From the NCBI GenBank assembly GCA_937128475.1, contig CAKZML010000273.1, positions 1 through 60,381 on the forward strand: DNA of 60,381 nucleotides, in the 5' to 3' direction. The position numbers were made by a program, and so were the translations under genes. This document shows positions 19,721-30,279 of the stretch, piece by piece (position 1 is the first letter of the stretch; the number at the start of each line of letters is the position of its first letter). Below the pieces are notes generated by a model that saw only the letters and a program-made list of their open reading frames with translations, was not told the origin of the DNA and ran no database searches. The stretch is from an uncultured Chromatiales bacterium. Its GTDB lineage: Bacteria; Pseudomonadota; Gammaproteobacteria; Steroidobacterales; BM003.

Positions 19721-20655
19721 GAGCCCAGGCACACGTCAGCAAGCGGATAGGCATTGGCAAATTCTCCGGCCGTGACATTTCGTTTGCCCGGCATTTGTAC
19801 CTGCAACAATCTCAATAGACCGTCACCCGTGGCGACTACCACTCCATGCTTGTCACCGCAGACCACCGAACCCGGTGGGGCCTTGGAAACCCCCGGTTCA
19901 GGCCTGGCCATCCAAATTCTCAGTCGCTTGTCCTTGTACAGGGTCTCGGCCACGGGCCAGGGATTAAATGCCCGGACCCGCCTGGCAATAGCCTCCGCCG
20001 AGTCGTTCCAGTCAATCATGGCCTCGGATTTATCCAGTTTGCTGGCGTAACACGCACCTTCCCCGGGCTGGGGAGCGGGTCCGGACTTCGCCGCCATGAT
20101 GGCCGGCAGGGCGCGCATCAAGGCCTGGCCACCCAGTACTGTCAGCTTGTCATGCAAACTTCCGCCGGTATCGTCATCCTCGATTGCCAGGCTTTCCGCG
20201 GACCATACCGGGCCCGTATCCAGACCGGCATCCATCTGCATAATGCAGACCCCGGTTTCCCGGTCGCCGGCCAGTATGGCCCGCTGGATTGGCGCGGCAC
20301 CGCGCCAGCGCGGCAGCAAGGAGGCATGAATATTGATACAACCCAGCCGTGGAATAGCCAGTATTGGCCGGGGAATGATAAGACCGTAGGCCACCACAAC
20401 CATTACATCCGGCTCCAGGGCGGCAAATTTGGCGGCCATCTCCGGCCCACGCAATGACACTGGCTGGGCAACTTCAAGGCCCAACTCCAGGGCGCGCTGT
20501 TTTACCGGGCTGGGAGTGGGTTTTCGACCACGACCCGCCGGCCTGTCGGGCTGGGTGAGAACCAGTGAAATCTCATGACCTGCCGCTGACAGCGCATCCA
20601 GGGCGGATACCGAGAATTCCGGTGTGCCGGCGAAAATAACTTTCAAGGATGACAA
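19717..20655 (-). CDS. fmt: Methionyl-tRNA formyltransferase
   Basis: Motifs FAGTPEF, TQPDRPAGRG, VVAYG, INIHASLLPRWRGAAPIQRA and MDAGLDTG. Confidence 0.98.
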   Translation of the reverse strand: MSSLKVIFAGTPEFSVSALDALSAAGHEISLVLTQPDRPAGRGRKPTPSPVKQRALELGLEVAQPVSLRGPEMAAKFAALEPDVMVVVAYGLIIPRPILAIPRLGCINIHASLLPRWRGAAPIQRAILAGDRETGVCIMQMDAGLDTGPVWSAESLAIEDDDTGGSLHDKLTVLGGQALMRALPAIMAAKSGPAPQPGEGACYASKLDKSEAMIDWNDSAEAIARRVRAFNPWPVAETLYKDKRLRIWMARPEPGVSKAPPGSVVCGDKHGVVVATGDGLLRLLQVQMPGKRNVTAGEFANAYPLADVCLGS

Positions 20656-20664
20656 GCAAGGCCT

Positions 20665-21213
20665 CTACTGGTCTGATCGATCGCGGGAGACCGGGACCGG
20701 TTCGGGCTGGGAGCCGGTGATTTTTCGGGCCTTCTCTATCTTCTTGCGAATGCGCTGGCGCTTGAGCTCAGACAGGTAATCAACGAACAGCTTGCCTTCC
20801 AGGTGATCCATCTCGTGCTGGATACACACAGCCAACAGCCCTTCCGCCTCCATATCCATCGGCTCGCCAGTAATGCCCAGCCCACGAACCCTGATCTGCT
20901 GGGCCCTGGCCACTTTTTCGTATACATCCGGCACCGATAAACATCCCTCATCCGACCAGGCATCGCCCTCGGATTCTGTGATCTCGGGATTAATCAGCAC
21001 CACCGGGGCCGACTGGTCTTCACTGACATCCGCCACCAAAATACGCTGGTGTACATTGACCTGGGTAGCAGCCAGTCCAATTCCCGGGGCTGCATACATG
21101 GTTTCAAACATATCTTTAATCAATTCACGGGTGTCATCAGTTACCTCGGTAACTGGTGTAGCCACGGTTCTGAGCCGCGGATCGGGGTATTCAAGTATTT
21201 GTAACTTTGCCAT
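20665..21213 (-). CDS. def: Peptide deformylase
   Basis: Motifs [15 protein letters not shown] and QHEMDHLEG; ATG 21213 ([11 protein letters not shown]) preferred. Confidence 0.98.
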   Translation of the reverse strand: MAKLQILEYPDPRLRTVATPVTEVTDDTRELIKDMFETMYAAPGIGLAATQVNVHQRILVADVSEDQSAPVVLINPEITESEGDAWSDEGCLSVPDVYEKVARAQQIRVRGLGITGEPMDMEAEGLLAVCIQHEMDHLEGKLFVDYLSELKRQRIRKKIEKARKITGSQPEPVPVSRDRSDQ

Positions 21214-21294
21214 GTTTAGTAGGTTCGTCAATTCGTGTGTTTTCGAGAAAATGCTGCTAAAGTTCTTGAGGATTCAGAAGAATTGTCTGAATTA

Positions 21295-21310
21295 TGCGAA
21301 ATGTGTCACA
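21295..21310. promoter_or_regulatory. CRP/Vfr-type site in the def / lysM-dprA divergent region
   Basis: TGCGA-AATGTG-TCACA, i.e. two half-sites with an exact 6-bp spacer. Confidence 0.5.
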
Positions 21311-21444
21311 TCACCCTCTCACAGGGAAGTAGACACTGGCAACTAACGATTAGAGTGCCGGAATCCATAAGCCGGAATCATTATAACAACGCGGGCTGCC
21401 TTAATGGGCAGTAGTGTAGACAGACGGAAGGAGCGATCCAGATA

Positions 21445-22545
21445 ATGTCTCTTCCGAAGCTTGCAATGACAAAGCTGGGACACAGTTTGTGCCTGGCATT
21501 GGCGATGGTAGCCGTAGCGGCTCCTGTGAATGCTTCGACTGGTGATGCAGCAATACGTGTAGCCCAGGCGAACACTTCAGACACTGTGCAACTTGCCCAG
21601 GGGCATCCCGACCGCTATGTGGTGGTCAAGGGTGACACCCTGTGGGATATCTCCGGCAAGTTCCTGACCAATCCCTGGCTGTGGCCAGAGATTTGGTATG
21701 TGAACCCCCAGGTGGAAAACCCACACCTGATCTATCCAGGCGATGTCCTGGTGCTGATCTGGGTGGATGGTCGTCCCCAGCTCAGGCTGGAACGCGGCAC
21801 CACCGAGAAATTCTCCCCACGAGTCCGTTCGACCGCCCTGGACGAAGCAATCACCACGCTTTCCCATGACGCCATCGCCGGATTCTTGTCACGCCCCGGG
21901 ATAATTTCCGAGGAACAACGTGAGAGCGCCCCTTATGTGCTGTCAACCAGGCAGGGACATCTCGTGGCAGCGGCTGGCATGGACCTGTATGTGCGCCGTA
22001 ACAAGTCGGCTGCCGGATCAGACCTGTCCATCATGCACGTTGGCGAACCCCTGGTGGACCCGGATAACGGCGACCGCCTTGGCTACGAAGCCCATTACGT
22101 GGGCATGGGCAATGTGAGTTCTGTTGGCGACCCGGCAACCGTGAAGATGACGGAAAGCCACCGGGAAGCGCTGGAAGGCGACCTGCTATTTGCCGAAGCC
22201 GAGGATTTCCCGAACCACTACATCCCTCATGCGCCGAATTCCGAGGTGAATGGGCAGGTTATATCGGTTGCCGCAGGCAGCGCCATGGCCGGACAATTCA
22301 TGGTCATAGCCTTTAACCGTGGCAGTCGCCATGGAATCGAGCCTGGCCATGTGTTGTCAGTCTGGAACAAGGGCGATGTCGTCATCGACCGCGTGAAAGG
22401 CGGAATGATGGGTGAAAAGGTTCAGCTGCCTGATGAGTACGCCGGAAAGTTAATGGTGTTCAAAGTCGGAGACCGCATGAGCTTCGGACTTATCATCAGC
22501 GCAGAGAGAGAGATTGGAAAACTGGATTTCATTCGAAACCCCTGA
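21445..22545 (+). CDS. LysM peptidoglycan-binding protein (TsaP-like)
   Basis: Signal peptide; LysM YVVVKGDTLWDISGKFL.NPWLWPEIW..NPQVENPHLIYPGD; usual position between def and dprA. Confidence 0.9.
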   Translation: MSLPKLAMTKLGHSLCLALAMVAVAAPVNASTGDAAIRVAQANTSDTVQLAQGHPDRYVVVKGDTLWDISGKFLTNPWLWPEIWYVNPQVENPHLIYPGDVLVLIWVDGRPQLRLERGTTEKFSPRVRSTALDEAITTLSHDAIAGFLSRPGIISEEQRESAPYVLSTRQGHLVAAAGMDLYVRRNKSAAGSDLSIMHVGEPLVDPDNGDRLGYEAHYVGMGNVSSVGDPATVKMTESHREALEGDLLFAEAEDFPNHYIPHAPNSEVNGQVISVAAGSAMAGQFMVIAFNRGSRHGIEPGHVLSVWNKGDVVIDRVKGGMMGEKVQLPDEYAGKLMVFKVGDRMSFGLIISAEREIGKLDFIRNP

Positions 22546-22569
22546 CCTGATGCCACTGGTATTGTTGAG

Positions 22570-22604
22570 CACTGCCCGCGCTTCGTCGCGGGCAGTGTCG
22601 TTTT
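22570..22604 (+). terminator. Hairpin between the LysM gene and dprA (partial terminator)
   Basis: CACTGCCCGCG-CTTCGT-CGCGGGCAGTG followed by TCGTTTT. Confidence 0.6.
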
Positions 22605-22607
22605 GAA

Positions 22608-23726
22608 ATGCTCAAATCACCCGAATTCTGGCTCAAACTGATCCGCTGTCCGGGAGTCGGGCCCCAACAGGGACGAAGCCTGCTGGACGCGTGGGCGGCG
22701 GAAGCACCCCCCGGCCCCTCAGACGCCTCCTTCCTCGCTCAATGCGGTTGGAGCAGCGCAACTATCCAGGCATTCCAGAGGCTGGACGAAGAGATCCTGG
22801 CTGCCGACCTGGAATGGCTGTCCCAGCCAGGCAACCACCTGGTAGGCATGGATGACCCACGCTATCCGGCCCTGCTGCGTAGAATCCAGGACCCACCCCT
22901 GGCGCTATTCGTGCGCGGCGAGCCCAGGCTGCTCCAAGCGCCCCAGATTGCGGTGGTTGGCAGTCGCAACCCCACCCAGGGAGGCGTTGAAAACGGGCGG
23001 AAATTCGCTCGATTTATCGCCAGCCAGGCAGTGGTGGTGACCAGTGGCCTGGCCCAGGGCATAGACTGCGCGGCCCACGAGGGCGCCATGGAAAGCGGCA
23101 CCACCATCGCGGTAACCGGCACCGGCCTGGACAAAGTATATCCCCGATCCAGCGAGGCGGTGGCCCAGGCCATTTCCGAACAAGGCGCCCTGGTAAGCGA
23201 ATTTCCTCCAGGCACGCCACCCAGGCGGGAAAACTTTCCGCGCCGGAATCGCATCATCAGCGGCATGTCACTGGGAACCCTCGTAGTGGAGGCCACACGC
23301 CGCAGCGGCTCATTAATCACCGCCAGGCTGGCCAGCGAGCAAGGCCGGGAAGTCTTTGCCATCCCGGGCTCCATCCACAACCCCATGGCCCGGGGCTGCC
23401 ACCAGCTAATCCGGCAGGGAGCCAAGCTGGTGGAGTCTGCCGGGGACATTTTTGAGGAGTTGGGACCGCTGGCAGCCACTGTGGAAAAGCAACCGGTCCA
23501 GGCCCCCCAGGCCGACCTGCCAGGGATTCCGCCCAGGGATCCCGAGTACACCTTATTACTGGACGCCCTGGGCCATGATCCGGTATCTCTGGACCAATTA
23601 GGCCAGCGGACTGGTTTGACGGCTGGTGAGCTTTCCTCCATGCTCCTCGTCCTAGAATTAGAGGGTGAGGTCACCCGAGAGCGTGGGGGACGCTATACGC
23701 GGACCCCGAAAGAGGCTGATAGATGA
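22608..23726 (+). CDS. dprA: DNA-processing protein DprA (Smf)
   Basis: Motifs IAVVGSR, VTSGLAQGID..AH, FPRRNRIISG, VVEA..RSGSLITA and EVFAIPGSI; C-terminal winged helix. Confidence 0.97.
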   Translation: MLKSPEFWLKLIRCPGVGPQQGRSLLDAWAAEAPPGPSDASFLAQCGWSSATIQAFQRLDEEILAADLEWLSQPGNHLVGMDDPRYPALLRRIQDPPLALFVRGEPRLLQAPQIAVVGSRNPTQGGVENGRKFARFIASQAVVVTSGLAQGIDCAAHEGAMESGTTIAVTGTGLDKVYPRSSEAVAQAISEQGALVSEFPPGTPPRRENFPRRNRIISGMSLGTLVVEATRRSGSLITARLASEQGREVFAIPGSIHNPMARGCHQLIRQGAKLVESAGDIFEELGPLAATVEKQPVQAPQADLPGIPPRDPEYTLLLDALGHDPVSLDQLGQRTGLTAGELSSMLLVLELEGEVTRERGGRYTRTPKEADR

Positions 23727-24202
23727 AGCAAGACGTGCTCGATGTACTTATGTACCTGTTCGAGACATACATGACGGACGAGAGCGCCGAAAACGAGCCT
23801 GACAGGTCTGAACTGAAGGGTGAGTTGGAGCGTGCGGGTTTCCATAACCGTGAAATTGATCGCGCCCTGGACTGGTTGGACGGCCTGACTGACGGACCCG
23901 ACATCTCCCGCCTGCGTGCTCCAACCGCGCGGGCCAGCCGAATTTTCAACGATGTTGAACGCGCCCACCTGGATATCCACGCCCAGGGCTACATCATGTA
24001 CCTGGAACAAATTGGTATCTTGTCGGCGGAGCAACGGGAGTTGCTAATTGATCGCCTGATGGCGCTGGGAACCGATGAAGTCGATATCGAACAAATTAAG
24101 TGGGTGGTGCTGATGGTGCTGTTTAGCCAGCCGGGTCAGGAAACCGCCTATGCACGGATGGAAGACCTGGTTTTCGATGAAAACCCGGGATTGCTGCATT
24201 AA
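23723..24202 (+). CDS. smg: Smg / DUF494 protein
   Basis: DVLDVLMYLFE, L..AGF...EI.RAL.WL and QRELLIDR; coupled to dprA. Confidence 0.92.
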   Translation: MKQDVLDVLMYLFETYMTDESAENEPDRSELKGELERAGFHNREIDRALDWLDGLTDGPDISRLRAPTARASRIFNDVERAHLDIHAQGYIMYLEQIGILSAEQRELLIDRLMALGTDEVDIEQIKWVVLMVLFSQPGQETAYARMEDLVFDENPGLLH

Positions 24203-24270
24203 GTAACGCGTTGATCGGATAGAAATATTCAATCTGAACCAATTACTAACAAGAGAAACCTGAACCTCCG

Positions 24271-26763
24271 ATGTCCAAGAATCTTGTCATTGTAGAGTCG
24301 CCTGCCAAGGCGAAAACTATCAAGAAATACCTGGGGAAAGATTTCCAGGTCATGGCCTCCTATGGCCACGTACGCGACCTGGTTCCCAAGGAAGGCGCGG
24401 TAGACCCCGAGCAGGGTTTCGCCATGAAGTACGCGCTCATCGAGAAGAACATCAAGCATGTCAGCGCCATCCGCAAAGCCATGAAGCAGGCTGATGCCCT
24501 GTACCTCGCGACTGACCCTGATCGCGAGGGTGAGGCGATCTCGTGGCATTTGCTGGAGCATCTCAAGGAACAGGGCGATCTGGAGAATAAGGCGGTATAC
24601 CGGGTAGAGTTTTACCAGATCACCCAAAACGCCGTGCGCGAGGCGATTGCCAGCCCCAGGGAATTATCCATCGACCTTATTAATGCCCAGCAGGCTCGGC
24701 GAGCCCTGGATTACCTGGTGGGTTTCAATCTTTCTCCCCTGCTATGGCGCAAGTTCTTTCCCGGCCTGTCTGCCGGCCGCGTACAAAGTCCTGCGCTGCG
24801 ACTGATCGTTGAGCGTGAAGACGAGATCCGGGCCTTCCTGCGTCGGGAATTCTGGTCTGTAGAAGCCGCGGTATCGAAGAACTCGACGAGCTTCCCGGCC
24901 CGCCTGGCTGAATACAAGGGCGAGAAAGTAGAACAGTTCAGTTTCGAGAACGGCGACGCAGCGAAGGAGGTCGAAGAAACCCTGGCCGCTGCCGCCAATG
25001 GCAAGCTGACGGTCTCGGAAATCCAGAAAAAGCAGCGTCGCCGCAACCCGGCAGCGCCGTTCACGACGTCCACCCTGCAACAGGATGCCAGCCGGAAACT
25101 CGGCTTTGGCGCCCAACGCACCATGATGCTGGCCCAGCGCCTGTATGAAGGCCTGGATTTCGGTGAAGGCCCGGTGGGTCTGATCACCTATATGCGTACC
25201 GACTCGGTCAACCTGGCCCCCGAAGCCATCGATGAAATTCGCGGCGTCATTGCACAGCGATACGGTGCGGATCGGGTTCCGGCTGAACACCGGCTTTTCA
25301 AAACAAAGTCGAAAAATGCCCAGGAAGCCCATGAAGCCGTCCGTCCGGCCCAGGCCACCATTACTCCTGACGTTCTCAGGGGCAAGATCGACAACGACCA
25401 GTTCCGGCTGTATGAACTGATCTGGCGACGGGCCATTGCCTGTCAGATGATTCCGGCGGTATACGATACCGTTGCGGTAGATATGCTGGCAGGCCCCGAC
25501 GGTGACCAGCGCCACCGCTTCCGGGCCAACGGCTCGATACTGGTGGAGCCCGGTTTTATGGCGGTCTACCAGGAAAGTAAGAGCGTGCAAGCCACCAAAG
25601 CCGAAGGCGATGGCGATGGCAACGGCCAGGACCGCATCCTTCCAGCCATGGAAGAAGGCGACACTATTACCCTGCAGCAAATAATTACCGAACAGCATTT
25701 CACCGAGCCGCCGCCGCGTTATTCAGAGGCCAGCCTGGTGAAGTCACTGGAAGAACACGGCATTGGCCGCCCATCCACCTATGCCAGCATTATCCAGACC
25801 CTGAAGAACAAGGATTATGCTGAACTGGATGGCAGGCGCTTCTTCCCCACAGACCGTGGAATCGGCGTTAACCGCTTCCTGACCAAGTATTTCGAGCGCT
25901 ATGTAGATTACGATTTTACGGCCCGCCTGGAAGACGAACTGGACGCGGTATCCCGTGGCGAAGAGGAATGGCTGCCCCTTATGGGCCAGTTCTGGAAACC
26001 GTTCGAGGAACTGGTCGAACAGAGCAAGGAAATCTCCAGGGATGAAGCAAACCCGTCCATTCCCCTGGGTACCGATCCAGTAACCGGCAAGCCGGTTAGC
26101 GCCCGACTGGGTCGCTACGGTTCTTTTGCCCAGATTGGCTCCCGGGATGACGAGGACAAGCCGAAATTTGCCGGTCTGCGCCCCGGGCAACGGATGTCCG
26201 ACATCACCCTGGAAGAAGCGCTGATCCTGTTCCAGCTGCCACGGGACCTGGGAGAAACTCCTGAAGGCGAGCCCATGACTGTGGCCATCGGACGCTTTGG
26301 TCCGTACGTGCGTTACGGCAGCAACTTTGCCAGCCTCAAGACCGACGACCCCTATACCATCACTCCCGAGCGAGCCCTGGAAGTGGTGAACGAGAAAAAA
26401 CTGGCGGACGCGGAACGACTGATACTGGAATTTGAAGAAGAAGGCATCCAGGTCCTGAAAGGACGCTGGGGACCTTTCGTCACCGACGCAAGCAAGAAAA
26501 AAGCCCGGGTCGCCAAGGACCAGGACGCCAGCAAACTGACCCTGGAAGAATGCCAGGCCATGCTGCTGGCCGCGCCTGAACCCAAGGGCCGGGGTGGCCG
26601 GAAAGTAAGCGCCAAAAAGAAGGTCGCGAAAAAAGCGACTACCAAGAAAAAGGTCACAAAGAAGAAGGTGACCAAGAAGAAAACCAGGAAAAAGGCAGCG
26701 AACAAAAAGAAGGCCACGAGCAAGAAGAAAGCTGCGGTGAAGACCAAGGACTCAAAGGCCTGA
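24271..26763 (+). CDS. topA: DNA topoisomerase I with Toprim_C repeats and a Lys-rich tail
   Basis: Motifs LVIVESPAKAKTI, ATDPDREGEAI, SAGRVQS, ITYMRTDS, AHEAVRP and GIGRPSTY; C-terminal GRYG/GRFGPY/GRWGPF repeats. Confidence 0.97.
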   Translation: MSKNLVIVESPAKAKTIKKYLGKDFQVMASYGHVRDLVPKEGAVDPEQGFAMKYALIEKNIKHVSAIRKAMKQADALYLATDPDREGEAISWHLLEHLKEQGDLENKAVYRVEFYQITQNAVREAIASPRELSIDLINAQQARRALDYLVGFNLSPLLWRKFFPGLSAGRVQSPALRLIVEREDEIRAFLRREFWSVEAAVSKNSTSFPARLAEYKGEKVEQFSFENGDAAKEVEETLAAAANGKLTVSEIQKKQRRRNPAAPFTTSTLQQDASRKLGFGAQRTMMLAQRLYEGLDFGEGPVGLITYMRTDSVNLAPEAIDEIRGVIAQRYGADRVPAEHRLFKTKSKNAQEAHEAVRPAQATITPDVLRGKIDNDQFRLYELIWRRAIACQMIPAVYDTVAVDMLAGPDGDQRHRFRANGSILVEPGFMAVYQESKSVQATKAEGDGDGNGQDRILPAMEEGDTITLQQIITEQHFTEPPPRYSEASLVKSLEEHGIGRPSTYASIIQTLKNKDYAELDGRRFFPTDRGIGVNRFLTKYFERYVDYDFTARLEDELDAVSRGEEEWLPLMGQFWKPFEELVEQSKEISRDEANPSIPLGTDPVTGKPVSARLGRYGSFAQIGSRDDEDKPKFAGLRPGQRMSDITLEEALILFQLPRDLGETPEGEPMTVAIGRFGPYVRYGSNFASLKTDDPYTITPERALEVVNEKKLADAERLILEFEEEGIQVLKGRWGPFVTDASKKKARVAKDQDASKLTLEECQAMLLAAPEPKGRGGRKVSAKKKVAKKATTKKKVTKKKVTKKKTRKKAANKKKATSKKKAAVKTKDSKA

Positions 26764-26803
26764 CGCGCCCCGAGGGCCGTCAGCTGGCGTGAGGACGTCC
26801 GGC

Positions 26804-28301
<1,498 letters not shown>

Positions 28302-28316
28302 CCCGGGTTCACGCTG

Positions 28317-28712
28317 CTACAGGAACAGCAACACCAGGTTGCCGATGGCCAGGGCCAAAAGGATTATCCAGGTAAATAGCGTCCCGTAGAAACGGCCAAC
28401 GCTGCGACCCTTTGTGGAGGCCAGGCCCCAGGCATGCATAACGCGAGCGATAAAAATTCCGGCGCCGGCGACATGCAGCAACCAACCCGACAGGTGATTG
28501 AGTTCCGCCAACAGCAGCAGGAAAAGGATGGTGGGCACGTACTCAACGAAGTTCGCCTGGACACGGATTGCGCGCTCAAGCTCCGGATTATCGGCATCAC
28601 CCAAATTAACCCCGAGGGTCTGGCGAAAACGCACCACCCGATATGAGAGCCCAAGCAGCAGCAGGGCGCACAAGGAAGCGTAGAGCGTGGTGACGGGTAC
28701 CAGGTTAATCAT
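28317..28712 (-). CDS. MAPEG-family membrane protein (YecN/YhhL-like)
   Basis: T.LYA, RAIRVQANFVEYVP and ARVMHAWG; about four hydrophobic helices. Confidence 0.88.
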   Translation of the reverse strand: MINLVPVTTLYASLCALLLLGLSYRVVRFRQTLGVNLGDADNPELERAIRVQANFVEYVPTILFLLLLAELNHLSGWLLHVAGAGIFIARVMHAWGLASTKGRSVGRFYGTLFTWIILLALAIGNLVLLFL

Positions 28713-28805
28713 GCTGCGAACCTCTCAGACATCCAGGGTTTATATTCAACGGGCAAGACTAGCACGACCGGCATTCGTGAGGCATGACGGACATAGCACC
28801 GCGGG

Positions 28806-29399
28806 CTACGCAAGACGCGCGCACTGGGAATACCTGAAACATCCCGTCTGGTGATCATTGACCAGTCCCGCCGCCTGCATGTGAGCGTACATGATAGTGC
28901 TGCCGACAAACTTGAACCCCCGCTTTTTAAGATCCTTTGACAAGGCGTCGGACTGCTCGGAAGTGGCAGGCAGTTGCTTATGGGTTTTCCAGCGGTTCTG
29001 AATGGGCTTGCCGCCAACAAAACCCCAGATGTAATCATTGAAGCTGCCGAACTCCTCTTGCACCTGCAAAAACGCCCTGGCATTGGTCACCGCGGCGGCC
29101 ACCTTCAGGCGATTACGAATAATCCCGGTATCCTGCAGCAACTGCTGAATCTTCTGGTCATCAAATTCAGCCACCACCCGGGGGTCGAAATTACAGAAAG
29201 CCTTGCGGTAACCCTCACGCCTGTTCAGCACCGTCGCCCAGCTCAATCCGGCCTGGGCGCCCTCAAGTATCAAGAATTCGAATTGTTGCCGGTCATTGCG
29301 AACAGGCACACCCCACTCATGGTCGTGATAGTGGTAATACAGATCGTTGCCACCTTCTACCCAGCGGCAGCGGGACTTTCCGTCATCCAAAACACTCAT
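28806..29399 (-). CDS. tag: DNA-3-methyladenine glycosylase I
   Basis: Motifs RCRW, YHDHEWG, FEFLILEGAQAGLSW, IIRNRLK and FKFVGSTI.YAHMQA.GLVNDH...C. Confidence 0.97.
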   Translation of the reverse strand: MSVLDDGKSRCRWVEGGNDLYYHYHDHEWGVPVRNDRQQFEFLILEGAQAGLSWATVLNRREGYRKAFCNFDPRVVAEFDDQKIQQLLQDTGIIRNRLKVAAAVTNARAFLQVQEEFGSFNDYIWGFVGGKPIQNRWKTHKQLPATSEQSDALSKDLKKRGFKFVGSTIMYAHMQAAGLVNDHQTGCFRYSQCARLA

Positions 29400-29424
29400 G
29401 GGATACCCCGGGGTTCATCACTTC

Positions 29425-29464
29425 AAAATAAAAACGGCCCGTGACCTTTGCAGGTCACGAGCCG
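29425..29464 (-). terminator. Rho-independent terminator of the EGKCG-repeat gene
   Basis: Minus strand CGGCTCGTGACCT-GCAA-AGGTCACGGGCCG followed by TTTTTATTTT. Confidence 0.85.
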
Positions 29465-29505
29465 AACTTTAGCGCGTGCCACATGGTGTGGCACAGGGTC
29501 GGGCG

Positions 29506-30015
29506 TTATTCTTTATCGCCGCCGCACTTGCCCTCGGCTTTGTCGGCTTTTTCACCACCGCACTTGCCCTCACCGCATTTACCCTCGGCCTTGTCGGCTT
29601 TCATGGCTTCGCCGCACTTGCCTTCACCGCATTTGCCCTCGGCATGGGCGGCTTTTTTATGGTCACAATTTTCTTCATCGCACTTGTGCTTGCTGTGGCC
29701 GGCTTTCATGCCTTCACCGCACTTGCCTTCAGCATGGTGAGCTTTCATGGCTTCACCACACTTGCCCTCACCGCATTTACCCTCGGCTTGTTTGGCTTTC
29801 ATGGCTTCGCCACACTTGCCTTCACCGCATTTGCCTTCGGCTTCAGAGGCCTTTTCGCCTCCAGCACCCTCGGTGCCCGAGGCAACCATGTAGCCCGAAG
29901 ACAGGCCAGCCATCGCAAACGGGCCAGTATCGGCGTTGGCGGTGACGCTAAGGCCACCGGCCAGGGCGGCGCTGACTGCAATTGCAACAGGCTTCAACAA
30001 ATTCATCTTTCTCAT
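29506..30015 (-). CDS. Secreted EGKCG-repeat low-complexity protein (HvfA-type RiPP metallophore precursor)
   Basis: RBS GAGGAG; Sec signal ending ANA; PF....L..GY.VA motif; 10 EGKCG repeats; 12 Cys and 6 His. Confidence 0.85.
   Translation of the reverse strand: MRKMNLLKPVAIAVSAALAGGLSVTANADTGPFAMAGLSSGYMVASGTEGAGGEKASEAEGKCGEGKCGEAMKAKQAEGKCGEGKCGEAMKAHHAEGKCGEGMKAGHSKHKCDEENCDHKKAAHAEGKCGEGKCGEAMKADKAEGKCGEGKCGGEKADKAEGKCGGDKE
29521..29838 (-). repeat. Coding tandem repeats (15-bp EGKCG units within ~54-bp higher-order units)
   Basis: Recurrent + strand CCGCAYTTRCCYTC units with synonymous variation, in frame with the minus-strand ORF. Confidence 0.9.
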
Positions 30016-30079
30016 CTTTGCATCTCCTCGATTATTGCTCGCCTTTTGGGCGAATCACTACTGCGCAATCGGAGACACT

Positions 30080-30112
30080 GGTATCTCAGATACCCCAATA
30101 CACGCGGGTTAT
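30080..30112 (-). promoter_or_regulatory. Candidate ECF-type promoter with an overlapping palindrome, upstream of the EGKCG gene
   Basis: Minus strand ATAACC-N16-TCTGA (30112-30086); perfect palindrome GGTATCT-C-AGATACC at 30080-30094. Confidence 0.35.
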
Positions 30113-30266
30113 ATTTGTCCTGGCATTTCCCGGGAAACGACTCACGGGTCTGCTCTTGGAATTTCAAACAATCATGCACGTAACGACGGTAATTTGCAGT
30201 GTTTAGTTTGGAATAAGTCCACTACAAATCTTATTCTAAAAACGGATATTTCTATTTTATTATAAA

Positions 30267-30279
30267 AATCAGCGTGTTA
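30267..30279 (+). promoter_or_regulatory. IHF-like site in an AT-rich divergent intergenic region
   Basis: AATCAGCGTGTTA matches WATCARNNNNTTR and is preceded by an A/T tract. Confidence 0.45.

Noticed and set aside
29521-29838. Regularly spaced DNA repeats as a possible CRISPR array
   Set aside because: Units are 15 bp, vary at synonymous positions, have similar rather than unique spacers and lie in frame in a CDS; no cas genes.
29476-30183. 235-aa hydrophobic + strand ORF resembling a multi-pass membrane protein
   Set aside because: It is the antisense shadow of the Lys/Glu/Gly-rich EGKCG gene. The minus-strand ORF has the RBS, signal peptide, family motif and terminator.
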